DNA from: a phage
Length of the DNA: 64,000 nucleotides
Direction: 5' to 3' (one strand)
Sequence record: OZ335962.1
Shown here piece by piece: positions 48,112-60,200 of this stretch (its first letter is position 1; each line of letters opens with the position of its first letter). A program made the position numbers and the translations under genes. The notes beneath the pieces were generated by a model, which searched no databases, had not been told where the DNA came from, and saw nothing but the letters and a program-made list of their open reading frames with translations.

Positions 48112-48345
48112 TTATTTTTTACGAAAAATTGATTTATTTTCTGCTGCCCATTTTTCAATAACTGCAGCAGGACCAGTAACAACAATTTTATCACCGTAAT
48201 CTTCTGCGGCGAGTTGACCGAAATTATCTAATGCATCACGAAGAACTCCATGAGGCATTTCACCCATTTTATCTTTCTTGCCGGTGTAAATAAACTCAAC
48301 TTTTACATCAGAAGATTCAGCGATAAATTCTTGATAAGTTTTCAT
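48112..48345 (-). CDS. internal protein (CTS-bearing), ipI-locus gene A
   Basis: About 77 aa from MKTYQEFIAESS (CTS consensus); own early-type promoter upstream; position next to 57B as T4 ipI. Confidence 0.65.
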   Translation of the reverse strand: MKTYQEFIAESSDVKVEFIYTGKKDKMGEMPHGVLRDALDNFGQLAAEDYGDKIVVTGPAAVIEKWAAENKSIFRKK

Positions 48346-48382
48346 TTTAGTTTCCATTCGATTGTTTTGTTTTGATAGGGTA

Positions 48383-48412
48383 ATAGTATCACAACTAAAA
48401 CCGTATGTAAAC
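48383..48412 (-). promoter_or_regulatory. early-type sigma70 promoter of ip gene A
   Basis: GTTTAC -35, 18 bp, TGATACTAT. Confidence 0.6.
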
Positions 48413-48424
48413 AACTTTGTGAAA

Positions 48425-48682
48425 TTATTTTAAATCTTCTAATCGTTTCTTCATCTTAGAACCATTTTTAGCAATTTCTCCTGCATCGGAGCATAATGCT
48501 AAAAGTGCTTTAACTTTCGTTTGGTCTCCTTTAAAAGATGAAGGATCTACTGCAGCAGCAAGTTCTTTAATACGAGAGAAAAGACGCTCAGCTTCAGCTA
48601 AAGCCATTCCAAGCTTTACTTCCATACCGTGGGAAGATTCAGTGATAGTAGTTTTTGCAGCAAACTCTTTGAAAGTTTTCAT
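48425..48682 (-). CDS. internal-protein-like (CTS-like), ipI-locus gene B
   Basis: 85 aa beginning MKTFKEFAAKT; AGGAAA RBS; own early-type promoter upstream. Confidence 0.6.
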   Translation of the reverse strand: MKTFKEFAAKTTITESSHGMEVKLGMALAEAERLFSRIKELAAAVDPSSFKGDQTKVKALLALCSDAGEIAKNGSKMKKRLEDLK

Positions 48683-48712
48683 TTTATTTTCCTAATTAAT
48701 TTTGATGAGGTA

Positions 48713-48742
48713 ATAGTATCACTACCTCATCAGCATGTAAAC
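48713..48742 (-). promoter_or_regulatory. early-type sigma70 promoter of ip gene B
   Basis: GTTTAC -35, 18 bp, TGATACTAT; -10 embedded in inverted repeat GATGAGG...CCTCATC. Confidence 0.6.
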
Positions 48743-48754
48743 AACTTTGTGAAA

Positions 48755-49439
<685 letters not shown>

Positions 49440-49440
<1 letters not shown>

Positions 49441-50165
49441 TATAGTACCTTTAGTGTATTTTTAATTTTAGAAAAAAGTTCTTCAAGAGAACCATCGTTT
49501 GTAATTACTAAATCGCCATCACGAATTGGCAATCCAGCTTCTGTAATATGAGTATCATTGGATTTTTGACCAGGACGAACTACATGAATTACTGTAGCAC
49601 CCATCGCCCTAGCCGCATCCATTTCATGATCTTGACGAGTATCAGGAACGATATAATAATCATAACCTGAGTTAAATTTATCAAGATAATCTAAAGCAAA
49701 TAATTTTACCCAATACATGCGGTCGAAGTTATTAACAATCAAATCCGTACCTAGGGCTTGCATCAGACGACGGATTGACCATTGATCTTCAATATTATTT
49801 ATAACGTCAGCAATCTTGTTAAATGCTACGAAATTAACTGATTCTTTTCCTTCGTCATCAAAAACAAACACACCTTTAATTGGGCTTTTACTATTAAGAT
49901 AGCAAAATGCTTGTTCCATAATCGTAATTACTTCTAATTTAGTCAGATTTAAATTAGTCTCACGATCATAGTCAATTCCTTCAAACTCTCTACGAGTTAA
50001 GCAAGGATAGTCAGTGTTTGCTGCAAATACAGACCATGCATAAGCCAATGCATCCTTAATAGGACCAGCAAGTTGATATTTAACTGCAGAATAATTATTC
50101 ATGATAAAATCTGCAGTAGTATCTTTTCCACTACGCTTTACACCACTTAAAAAGATTAGTTTCAT
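49440..50165 (-). CDS. 1: deoxynucleoside monophosphate kinase
   Basis: 241 aa as in T4 gp1; P-loop GVKRSGKDT. Confidence 0.9.
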
Positions 50166-50214
50166 ATGTTTCTCCTCAAATTTAGTTAAGATTATAACAC
50201 ATGAAACTGAAGCA

Positions 50215-50745
50215 TTAAACTTCTGCTATAATTTTACCATCTTTTTCTACTTGAAAATACGTATAAGGAATCGTTGCTGTGCATACTAAAGCTGGGTCTG
50301 AATCTTCCGTGTAGCTGAATTCTACTTCAGATAGGTCAGAAACCCAGGGCTTATAAAAATTTATTGACATCACGATTTCAGTTTTACTATTATCTAAAAT
50401 GTAAAGCGTAATGTATTCAGGACCTGTTTTTTGGGCAGTATTTTCACCTGTAAGATAGTTACTAGTTCCTAGCATCCATTCATACATTCCTATCCACGAC
50501 TTAAGCTCTTCATCAACTATAAATCTCACGATGAGTGGATCGTACTCAAATGTAACTCCTGGACGTTGTGCTCTACCTAGTCCAAACGGCCCAGTCACGG
50601 TATCAGTAACAGGTATCCTAATTCCTGGAATAGGAACTGACTGAGCATTTAAAGTAAAAGCAGATGTAGTATTACTATGCGGTATTGATACTACAAAGTT
50701 AGTTGTATTTGCTTGGTTAAAAATTTGTTGTAGTGCTTGCGACAT
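50215..50745 (-). CDS. 3: tail completion and sheath stabilizer protein
   Basis: Start placed at ATG 50745 (MSQALQQIFNQ...) after GAGGAA RBS giving 176 aa as in T4 gp3. Confidence 0.8.
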   Translation of the reverse strand: MSQALQQIFNQANTTNFVVSIPHSNTTSAFTLNAQSVPIPGIRIPVTDTVTGPFGLGRAQRPGVTFEYDPLIVRFIVDEELKSWIGMYEWMLGTSNYLTGENTAQKTGPEYITLYILDNSKTEIVMSINFYKPWVSDLSEVEFSYTEDSDPALVCTATIPYTYFQVEKDGKIIAEV

Positions 50746-50851
50746 ATATTCCTCATAATGCTTCATAAATGTTGGTGGTATAATGGGTCTAAGTCCCTTC
50801 CATTCAATTCCAATTAGAACAAACAATAGAAAAGAATGGAAGATAATAGAA

Positions 50852-51676
50852 TTAGATATTTGACCAGACTTTGTTTGCAGAGAAACGTTTTCCTTTTGAA
50901 ACGAACTGCTGAAGTGGCATTAACACAACGTTCGCCCAGTCTTTCGGGGCGATTTCAACAAGGCTACCCATAATATTACCGGGTATATATGCCTTAATCA
51001 TTTGGTCTGCACCCCTAAATCCTTTCACTTGACTCCAATCAATTTTTAATTTCGTTTTATTAGTAATAGTAGGCGTATTTGAATATTGCTTTAAAAGCTC
51101 TTCTAGAAACTGTTGACGAGCTTTAGGTGGAATATAGTGCAAGTTCAATCCATACATTAAATTGTGTTTACCTAAACCGAGGTAAATTATCAAAGGAAAT
51201 TTATCCCAATAAGGAAGAGTTTCCTTGTGTTTAGCATCATAAGCAAAAGCATATATTCGTCCCGGCTGCGGGCGAACAACTTTGTGTCCTTTTACTTGCT
51301 TGATAGTTTCAGCAAACCACTTTCTGGTTTTATTATTAATTGCTGCGCCTTCATTACGAATTTTATCACGCAATGTTTGCCTGAATGAATTTATCATAAG
51401 CAGTTGTCTTTCTTGCTTATTGAGTTTATTCATTGGTTTTGATTCAAGCTTTTGAATCTTTTCAGCTGTTTTAATTCCTGAAGCATATTTTGACATTGCT
51501 GAAGTAAACGTAGAGTATTTGATTCCTCTTTCTTCGGCAAATTGCTTTCCTGTCATTCCTTTTGCTTTGGCCTTTTTGTATTCAAGACCTATCTGAATCC
51601 ATTTCTTTTCGTTTAATGATTGCTTAACCTTTGGAACTTGGGGAGTGCTTTCATTAATTATTTGAAAAATAGCCAT
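50852..51676 (-). CDS. 2: DNA end protector protein
   Basis: 274 aa as in T4 gp2; position between 3 and 4. Confidence 0.85.
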   Translation of the reverse strand: MAIFQIINESTPQVPKVKQSLNEKKWIQIGLEYKKAKAKGMTGKQFAEERGIKYSTFTSAMSKYASGIKTAEKIQKLESKPMNKLNKQERQLLMINSFRQTLRDKIRNEGAAINNKTRKWFAETIKQVKGHKVVRPQPGRIYAFAYDAKHKETLPYWDKFPLIIYLGLGKHNLMYGLNLHYIPPKARQQFLEELLKQYSNTPTITNKTKLKIDWSQVKGFRGADQMIKAYIPGNIMGSLVEIAPKDWANVVLMPLQQFVSKGKRFSANKVWSNI

Positions 51677-52128
51677 TATGCCCCCTTAAAGCCAAGAGCT
51701 CGTAATCCATCTTCTGTTAAAATTCTAAATTTTATTCCACGCTTTTCAGCTAAAGATTGCGCTGCTTTCCATTTGTCAGTATTAACGGAATATGTATAAA
51801 TTTCATTCATAAATCTTTTCTTCGCTGCAGTTGTTAGATGTGCCGGTTTAACTGGTGGTTGTGTTTCTTTTTTAGGTTTTATTTCAATAAAAAATTCTTG
51901 TCCAGAAGAATCTTTCATCCAAATATCCATGAAGTATCTACGTTTTTTCCCTTCTGCATTACAAAAATAAGGAATTACTGCTGTTTCACTACCCCATGCA
52001 ATAATTTCTGGATTTTTATCTAACCATTCAAAAAAGAATTTTTCCCAATTTGATCTATACGTAATTTTTTTAGGGTCACCTCTATATTTTGATATATTTT
52101 TAGGAACCCATTTTCCAGAATATGCCAT
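51676..52128 (-). CDS. 4: head completion protein
   Basis: 150 aa as in T4 gp4; divergent late promoters between 4 and 53. Confidence 0.85.
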   Translation of the reverse strand: MAYSGKWVPKNISKYRGDPKKITYRSNWEKFFFEWLDKNPEIIAWGSETAVIPYFCNAEGKKRRYFMDIWMKDSSGQEFFIEIKPKKETQPPVKPAHLTTAAKKRFMNEIYTYSVNTDKWKAAQSLAEKRGIKFRILTEDGLRALGFKGA

Positions 52129-52139
52129 TGGATTCTCCT

Positions 52140-52147
52140 TATAAATA
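52140..52147 (+). promoter_or_regulatory. late promoter (TATAAATA) of gene 53
   Basis: Exact TATAAATA 29 bp upstream of gene 53 ATG. Confidence 0.7.
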
Positions 52148-52154
52148 GATAATA

Positions 52155-52162
52155 TATTTATA
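52155..52162 (-). promoter_or_regulatory. late promoter (TATAAATA) of gene 4
   Basis: Minus-strand TATAAATA 27 bp upstream of gene 4 ATG; divergent with the gene 53 promoter. Confidence 0.65.
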
Positions 52163-52175
52163 AACAGGAGGGCCC

Positions 52176-52766
52176 ATGCTCTTTACATTTTTTGATCCGA
52201 TTGAATATGCGGCCAAAACGGTGAATAAAAACGCGCCGACTATTCCTATGACAGATATTTTTAGAAACTATAAAGACTATTTCAAACGTGCTCTTGCAGG
52301 ATACCGCTTACGCACTTATTATATTAAAGGTTCACCACGTCCGGAAGAATTAGCAAATGCTATATATGGAAATCCGCAGTTGTATTGGGTTTTATTGATG
52401 TGTAATGATAATTATGATCCGTATTATGGATGGATTACTTCGCAAGAAGCTGCTTATCAAGCATCTATACAAAAATACAAAAACGTAGGTGGAGACCAAA
52501 TAGTATATCATGTGAATGAGAACGGTGAAAAATTTTATAATTTAATATCATACGATGATAATCCATATGTTTGGTATGACAAAGGCGATAAAGCTAGAAA
52601 ATATCCTCAATATGAAGGAGCACTTGCTGCGGTCGATACGTATGAAGCTGCTGTTCTTGAAAATGAAAAACTTCGTCAAATAAAAATAATAGCAAAATCA
52701 GACATCAATTCATTTATGAACGACCTTATACGTATAATGGAGAAATCTTATGGAAATGATAAGTAA
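52176..52766 (+). CDS. 53: baseplate wedge subunit
   Basis: 196 aa as in T4 gp53; TATAAATA late promoter about 30 bp upstream. Confidence 0.88.
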   Translation: MLFTFFDPIEYAAKTVNKNAPTIPMTDIFRNYKDYFKRALAGYRLRTYYIKGSPRPEELANAIYGNPQLYWVLLMCNDNYDPYYGWITSQEAAYQASIQKYKNVGGDQIVYHVNENGEKFYNLISYDDNPYVWYDKGDKARKYPQYEGALAAVDTYEAAVLENEKLRQIKIIAKSDINSFMNDLIRIMEKSYGNDK

Positions 52767-54477
52767 TAACCTTAATTGGTTTGTTGGTGTTGTTGAAGAT
52801 AGAATGGACCCATTAAAATTAGGTCGTGTTCGTGTTCGTGTAGTTGGTCTGCATCCACCTCAAAGAGCACAAGGCGACGTAATGGGTATTCCAACTGATA
52901 AATTACCATGGATGTCAGTTATTCAACCTATAACTTCTGCAGCAATGTCTGGAATTGGAGGCTCCGTTACTGGTCCGGTAGAAGGAACTAGAGTCTATGG
53001 TCATTTTTTAGACAAATGGAAAACTAACGGAATTGTCCTTGGCACGTATGGTGGAATAGTTCGCGAAAAACCTAATAGACTTGAAGGATTTTCTGATCCG
53101 ACTGGACAGTATCCTAGACGTCTAGGAAATGATACTAACGTATTAAACCAAGGCGGAGAAGTAGGATATGATTCGTCTTCTAATATTATCCAAGATAGCA
53201 ATCTAGACACTGCGATAAATCCTGATGATAGACCGCTATCAGAAATTCCAACTGATGATAATCCAAATATGTCAATGGCTGAAATGCTTCGCCGCGATGA
53301 AGGATTAAGACTAAAAGTTTATTGGGATACTGAAGGATATCCGACAATTGGTATTGGTCATCTTATCATGAAGCAGCCAGTGCGTGATATGACCCAAATT
53401 AATAAAGTTTTATCAAAACAAGTTGGTCGTGAAATTACCGGAAATCCAGGTTCTATTACAATGGAAGAATCGGTAACTTTATTTGAACGCGATTTGGCTG
53501 ATATGCAACGTGACATTAAATCACATTCTAAAGTTGGCCCAGTTTGGCAAGCAGTTAATCGTTCTCGTCAAATGGCATTAGAAAATATGGCATTTCAGAT
53601 GGGCGTTGGCGGTGTAGCTAAATTTAACACAATGTTAACTGCTATGTTAGCCGGAGATTGGGAAAAGGCATATAAAGCTGGTCGTGATTCATTGTGGTAT
53701 CAACAAACAAAAGGCCGTGCATCTCGTGTTACCATGATTATTCTTACAGGTAATTTGGAATCATACGGTATTGAAGTGAAAACACCGTCTAGGTCTTTGT
53801 CAGCAATGGCTGCTACTGTAGCAAAGTCTTCTGATCCAGCTGACCCTCCTATTCCGAATGATTCGAGAATTTTATTTAAAGAACCTGTTTCTTCATATAA
53901 AGGTGAATATCCGTATGTTCATACAATGGAAACTGAAAGCGGTCATATTCAGGAATTTGATGATACCCCTGGGCAAGAACGATACAGATTAGTTCATCCG
54001 ACTGGAACATATGAGGAAGTATCACCCTCAGGAAGAAGAACAAGAAAAACTGTTGATAATTTGTATGATATAACAAATGCTGATGGTAATTTTTTGGTAG
54101 CCGGTGATAAAAAGACTAACGTCGGTGGGTCAGAAATTTATTACAACATGGATAATCGTCTCCACCAAATAGATGGAAGCAATACAATATTTGTACGTGG
54201 CGATGAAACTAAGACGGTTGAAGGTAATGGAACTATCCTAGTCAAAGGTAATGTTACTATTGTAGTTGAAGGTAATGCTGACATTACAGTTAAAGGAGAT
54301 GCTACCACTTTAGTTGAAGGAAATCAGACTAATACAGTAAATGGAAATCTTTCTTGGAAAGTTGCTGGTACAGTTGATTGGGACGTTGGTGGTGATTGGA
54401 CAGAAAAAATGGCATCTATGAGTTCTATTTCATCTGGTCAATACACAATTGATGGATCGAGGATTGACATTGGCTAA
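52750..54477 (+). CDS. 5: baseplate hub subunit and tail lysozyme
   Basis: 575 aa as in T4 gp5; N-terminal OB-fold, central lysozyme domain (MAEMLRRDEGLRLKVYWDTEGYPTIGIGH), C-terminal VxGxxxxx beta-helix repeats. Confidence 0.96.
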   Translation: MEMISNNLNWFVGVVEDRMDPLKLGRVRVRVVGLHPPQRAQGDVMGIPTDKLPWMSVIQPITSAAMSGIGGSVTGPVEGTRVYGHFLDKWKTNGIVLGTYGGIVREKPNRLEGFSDPTGQYPRRLGNDTNVLNQGGEVGYDSSSNIIQDSNLDTAINPDDRPLSEIPTDDNPNMSMAEMLRRDEGLRLKVYWDTEGYPTIGIGHLIMKQPVRDMTQINKVLSKQVGREITGNPGSITMEESVTLFERDLADMQRDIKSHSKVGPVWQAVNRSRQMALENMAFQMGVGGVAKFNTMLTAMLAGDWEKAYKAGRDSLWYQQTKGRASRVTMIILTGNLESYGIEVKTPSRSLSAMAATVAKSSDPADPPIPNDSRILFKEPVSSYKGEYPYVHTMETESGHIQEFDDTPGQERYRLVHPTGTYEEVSPSGRRTRKTVDNLYDITNADGNFLVAGDKKTNVGGSEIYYNMDNRLHQIDGSNTIFVRGDETKTVEGNGTILVKGNVTIVVEGNADITVKGDATTLVEGNQTNTVNGNLSWKVAGTVDWDVGGDWTEKMASMSSISSGQYTIDGSRIDIG

Positions 54478-55006
54478 TATACTTCCAATGAGCGCTGATT
54501 TAGGAGAATCCATGGAAGGTTCTTCTATCGACGTCACCTTTACTGCTCAATTAGAAACAGGTGAAACGTTAGTATCTATAAATATAACTAGTTACGAAGA
54601 AACTCCTGGGGTTTTAGTAGAAGAAAATCGTTTATATGGAACGTATGAATCCGTGTTTGGATTCGGAAATGATGCGTTGAAATATCGTTTAGATAATGAA
54701 TTTAAAACCGCTGCTTCATGGGAAGACCTTCCAACTGATTCTAATACTCAGTTATATTTATGGAAAGCTCCTCAGAACCTCCAGAAGACATTCACTTACG
54801 AAGTAACATTAATATATGACTACCAAGAACAAAGTGAATCTGGAGGTTCTGGCAGTAATTCTAGGTCATCTTCTGATACTACTGAACCAACGGATCCTCC
54901 TGCTCCAATAAGAAAAACTCTTGTTAAAAATTACACAAAAACTATAGTTGGAAATTGGAGTCGTTGGGCTAATAAATTGAGAAGCTACGTATATGAGAGG
55001 CAATAA
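54449..55006 (+). CDS. baseplate-associated protein (5.1-like)
   Basis: 185-aa ORF between 5 and 5.4, serine-rich. Confidence 0.6.
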   Translation: MMDRGLTLANILPMSADLGESMEGSSIDVTFTAQLETGETLVSINITSYEETPGVLVEENRLYGTYESVFGFGNDALKYRLDNEFKTAASWEDLPTDSNTQLYLWKAPQNLQKTFTYEVTLIYDYQEQSESGGSGSNSRSSSDTTEPTDPPAPIRKTLVKNYTKTIVGNWSRWANKLRSYVYERQ

Positions 55007-55300
55007 ATGTCAGGATTAAGTTATGATAAGTGTGTTACTGCTGGCCATGAAGCATGGCCTCCAACAGTTGTGAATGCTACACAAAGTAAAGTATTCACTG
55101 GAGGAATTGCTGTTCTCGTAGCAGGTGATCCAATTACGGAACATACAGAAATTAAAAAGCCATATGAAACACATGGCGGAGTGGCACAACCTAGAACTTC
55201 TAAGGTATATGTCACTGGAAAGAAAGCTGTTCAAATGGCTGATCCAATATCATGCGGTGATACTGTGGCTCAGGCATCATCTAAAGTATTCATTAAATAG
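55007..55300 (+). CDS. 5.4: PAAR-repeat spike tip protein
   Basis: 97 aa as in T4 gp5.4; PAAR-like repeats. Confidence 0.85.
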   Translation: MSGLSYDKCVTAGHEAWPPTVVNATQSKVFTGGIAVLVAGDPITEHTEIKKPYETHGGVAQPRTSKVYVTGKKAVQMADPISCGDTVAQASSKVFIK

Positions 55301-55308
55301 GATTTAAA

Positions 55309-57291
55309 ATGGCAAATACCCCTGTAAATTATCAATTAACAAGAACAGCAAATGCTATTCCCGAGATATTCGTCGGGGGTACATTTGCTGAAATAAAACA
55401 AAACCTCATTGAATGGCTTAATGGCCAAAATGAATTTTTGGATTATGATTTTGAAGGCTCAAGATTAAACGTTCTGTGTGACCTTTTGGCTTATAATACA
55501 TTGTACATTCAGCAGTTTGGTAATGCTGCCTTGTATGAAAGCTTTATGCGTACTGCTAATTTGCGTAGTTCAGTAGTTCAAGCTGCACAAGATAATGGAT
55601 ATTTACCTACTTCAAAATCAGCTGCTCAAACTGAAATTATGCTAACTTGCACAGACGCATTGAATAGAAATTACATTACTATTCCTCGCGGTACTCGCTT
55701 TTTAGCATATGCAAAAGATACTTCCGTTAATCCTTATAACTTTGTATCTACTGAAGATGTTATTGCTATTCGCGATAAAAATAACCAATATTTTCCGCGT
55801 TTAAAATTAGCCCAGGGGCGTATAGTAAGAACTGAAATCATTTATGATAAATTAACACCTATTATCATTTATGACAAAAATATAGATAGAAACCAAGTTA
55901 AGCTGTATGTTGATGGAGCAGAATGGATTAACTGGACAAGAAAGTCAATGGTTCATGCTGGTTCTACATCAACAATTTACTACATGCGTGAAACTATTGA
56001 TGGAAATACTGAGTTTTATTTTGGCGAAGGCGAGATTTCTGTTAATGCGGCAGAAGGAGCATTGACTGCTAATTATATTGGAGGTCTTAAACCTACCCAG
56101 AACTCTACGATTGTTATTGAGTACATCAGTACTAACGGTGCAGATGCGAATGGCGCAGTCGGATTTTCATATGCAGATACATTAACAAATATAACTGTCA
56201 TCAACATTAATGAAAATCCAAACGACGACCCAGATTTTGTTGGAGCAGACGGCGGCGGTGACCCAGAAGATATTGAGCGTATTCGCGAATTGGGTACTAT
56301 TAAACGCGAAACCCAACAACGCTGCGTAACTGCGACTGATTATGATACATTCGTTTCAGAGAGATTTGGTTCTATTATTCAAGCAGTTCAGACGTTCACT
56401 GATTCTACAAAACCCGGTTATGCATTTATTGCTGCTAAACCTAAATCAGGTCTGTATTTAACTACTGTACAGCGTGAAGATATTAAAAATTATCTCAAAG
56501 ACTATAATTTAGCTCCTATTACACCATCAATTATTTCTCCTAATTACCTTTTTATTAAGACTAATTTAAAAGTCACATATGCTTTAAATAAGCTGCAAGA
56601 ATCTGAACAGTGGCTTGAAGGTCAAATAATTGATAAAATTGATCGTTATTATACCGAAGACGTAGAAATTTTTAACTCATCTTTCGCTAAATCTAAGATG
56701 TTGACATATGTAGATGATGCAGATCATTCTATCATTGGCTCATCAGCGACAATTCAAATTGTTCGTGAAGTACAAAACTTCTATAAAACGCCTGAAGCAG
56801 GTATTAAATACAATAATCAAATAAAAGACCGTTCTATGGAATCTAATACGTTTTCATTTAATTCTGGACGAAAGGTTGTAAATCCTGATACTGGTTTAGA
56901 AGAAGATGTATTATATGACGTTCGCATAGTATCAACAGACCGAAATTCTAAAGGAATTGGTAAAGTTATTATTGGTCCATTTGCTTCTGGCGATGTTACA
57001 GAAAATAAAAACATTCGTCCATATACAGGCAACGATTTTAATAAATTAGCAAATTCTAGTGGACGCGACAAATACTATGTTATCGGTGAAATAAATTATC
57101 CAGCTGATGTGATTTATTGGAATATCGCTAAAATTAATTTAACATCTGAAAAATTTGAAGTTCAGACTATTGAATTATATTCTGACCCAACCGATGATGT
57201 TATCTTTACTCGCGATGGTTCACTGATTGTATTTGAAAATGACTTACGTCCACAATACTTAACTATCGATTTGGAGCCTATATCACAATGA
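55309..57291 (+). CDS. 6: baseplate wedge subunit
   Basis: 660 aa as in T4 gp6. Confidence 0.92.
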   Translation: MANTPVNYQLTRTANAIPEIFVGGTFAEIKQNLIEWLNGQNEFLDYDFEGSRLNVLCDLLAYNTLYIQQFGNAALYESFMRTANLRSSVVQAAQDNGYLPTSKSAAQTEIMLTCTDALNRNYITIPRGTRFLAYAKDTSVNPYNFVSTEDVIAIRDKNNQYFPRLKLAQGRIVRTEIIYDKLTPIIIYDKNIDRNQVKLYVDGAEWINWTRKSMVHAGSTSTIYYMRETIDGNTEFYFGEGEISVNAAEGALTANYIGGLKPTQNSTIVIEYISTNGADANGAVGFSYADTLTNITVININENPNDDPDFVGADGGGDPEDIERIRELGTIKRETQQRCVTATDYDTFVSERFGSIIQAVQTFTDSTKPGYAFIAAKPKSGLYLTTVQREDIKNYLKDYNLAPITPSIISPNYLFIKTNLKVTYALNKLQESEQWLEGQIIDKIDRYYTEDVEIFNSSFAKSKMLTYVDDADHSIIGSSATIQIVREVQNFYKTPEAGIKYNNQIKDRSMESNTFSFNSGRKVVNPDTGLEEDVLYDVRIVSTDRNSKGIGKVIIGPFASGDVTENKNIRPYTGNDFNKLANSSGRDKYYVIGEINYPADVIYWNIAKINLTSEKFEVQTIELYSDPTDDVIFTRDGSLIVFENDLRPQYLTIDLEPISQ

Positions 57292-60200
57292 CAGTAAAAG
57301 CACCTTCAGTCACTAGTCTCAGAATTTCCAAGTTATCCGCAAATCAGGTGCAAGTACGCTGGGATGACGTTGGTGCTAATTTCTACTATTTTGTAGAAAT
57401 CGCTGAGACAAAAACAAACTCGGGGGGAAATCTCCCGAGTAATCAATACCAATGGATTAACTTAGGATATACTGCAAATAACAGCTTCTTTTTTGATAAT
57501 GCTAATCCATTGACATCGTACATTATTAGAGTAGCTACAGCTGCGCAGGATTTTGAGCAATCTGATTGGATTTATACCGAAGAGTTTGAAACTTTTGCTA
57601 CAAACGCTTATACATTTCAAAACATGATTGAAATGCAATTAGCTAATAAATTCATTCAGGAAAAATTTACTCTTAATAATTCTGACTATGTTAATTTTAA
57701 TAATGACACTATAATGGCTGCATTGATGAATGAATCATTCCAATTCAGCCCATCATATGCTGATGTTTCATCAATAAGTAATTTTATTATTGGTGAAAAT
57801 GAGTATCATGAAATACAAGGTTCTATTCAGCAAGTATGTAAGGATATTAACCGAGTTTATTTGATGGAATCAGAAGGGATTCTATATCTTTTTGAGCGCT
57901 ATCAGCCTGTAGTTAAAGTATCCAATGATAAAGGACAAACCTGGAAAGCTGTAAAGCTCTTCAATGACCGTGTAGGATATCCTTTATCTAAGACTGTATA
58001 TTACCAATCTGCGAGCACAACATATGTTCTAGGATACGACAAGATTTTCTATGGCCGCAAATCTACTGATGTTAGATGGTCAGCTGATGATGTCAGATTT
58101 AGTTCGCAGGACATAACATTCGCTAAACTTGGTGATCAACTTCATTTGGGATTTGATGTTGAAATCTTTGGTACTTATGCTACATTACCTGCAAATGTGT
58201 ATCGTATAGCTGAAGCTATTACTTGCACCGATGATTACATTTACGTTGTCGCCAGAGACAAAGTTAGATATATAAAAACGAGCAATGCACCTATAGATTC
58301 TGATCCATTATCTCCAACATATTCAGAAAGGCTATTTGAACCTGATACAATGACTATAACTGGAAATCCTAAAGCAGTATGCTATAAAATGGATTCTATT
58401 GGTGATAAAGTTTTTGCTCTTATTATCGGTGAAGTTGAAACATTAAATGCTAATCCTAGAACGTCAAAAATAATTGATTCTGCTGATAAAGGAATATATG
58501 TTTTAAATCATGACACAAAAACGTGGAAAAGAGTTTTTGGCAACACTGAAGAAGAAAGAAGACGTATTCAACCTGGGTATGCGAATATGTCAACTGATGG
58601 TAAATTAGTTTCTCTATCTTCGAGTAATTTTAAATTTTTAAGTGATAATATTGTTAATGACCCTGAAACTATAGCAAAATATCAGTTAATCGGTGCCGTT
58701 AAATATGAATTTCCTCGTGAATGGTTAGCTGATAAGCATTATCATATGATGGCATTTATAGCAGATGAAAAGTCTGATTGGGAAACCTTTGCTCCACAAC
58801 CAATGAAATATTATGCTGAACCTTTCTTTAACTGGTCTAAAAAGTCTAATACACGGTGCTGGATAAACAACTCTAATAGGGCTGTGGTAGTTTATGCAGA
58901 TTTAAAATATACTAAAGTTATTGAAAATTTTCCAGAAACATCGCCAGATAGATTAGTTCATGAATACTGGGATGACGGCGATTGCACTATAGTAATGCCA
59001 AACGTTAAATTCACGGGATTTAAAAAATATGCGTCTGGGATGCTTTTTTATAAATCCTCTGGTGAAATAATTTCTTATTATGATTTTAACTATCGAGTGA
59101 GAGACACGGTTGAAATAATTTGGAAGCCAACTGGAATATTTTTAAAAGCATTTTTACAAAACCAAGAGCATGAAACTCCTTGGTCACCAGAAGAAGAGCA
59201 TGGATTAGCTGACCCTGATTTAAGACCATTGATTGGCACAATGATGCCTGATTCTTATTTACTGCAAGATTCGAATTTTGAGGCATTTTGCGAAGCATAT
59301 ATTCAGTATCTTTCTGATGGATATGGAACTCAGTATAACAATTTACGAAATTTAATTCGTAACAAATATCCACGAGAAGAGCATGCATGGGAATATTTGT
59401 GGTCAGAGATATATAAAAGAAACATTTATTTAAATGCTGACAAACGTGATGCTGTTACAAGATTTTTCGAATCACGTAGCTATGATTTTTATTCTACTAA
59501 AGGAATTGAAGCATCATACAAATTTCTTTTTAAAGTTCTTTATAATGAAGAGGTTGAAATTGAAATCGAATCTGGGGCTGGTACTGAATATGATATAATC
59601 GTTCAATCTGATTCTTTGACTGAAGACTTAGTAGGACAAACGATTTATACGGCTACGGGAAGATGTAATGTTACTTATATAGAAAGAAGCTATTCTAATG
59701 GTAAATTGCAATGGACCGTAACTATTCATAATCTTTTGGGAAGATTAATTGCTGGTCAAGAAGTTAAAGCAGAAAGACTTCCGAGTTTTGAAGGCGAAAT
59801 TATTCGTGGGGTTAAAGGAAAGGATTTGCTTCAAAATAATATAGACTATATTAATAGAAGCCGATCATATTATGTAATGAAAATTAAATCCAATTTACCT
59901 TCTTCCCGCTGGAAATCTGACGTTATTCGTTTTGTTCATCCAGTAGGATTTGGATTTATAGCAATTACCCTTTTAACGATGTTTATTAATGTTGGTTTAA
60001 CTCTTAAACATACAGAGACTATAATTAATAAATATAAAAACTACAAATGGGATTCTGGATTGCCTACTGAATATGCTGATAGAGTAGCTAAATTGACTCC
60101 AGCTGGTGAAATTGAACATGATTCAGTAACAGGCGAAGCAATTTATGAACCTGGCCCAATGGCTGGTGTAAAATATCCTCTTCCTGATGACTATAATGCT

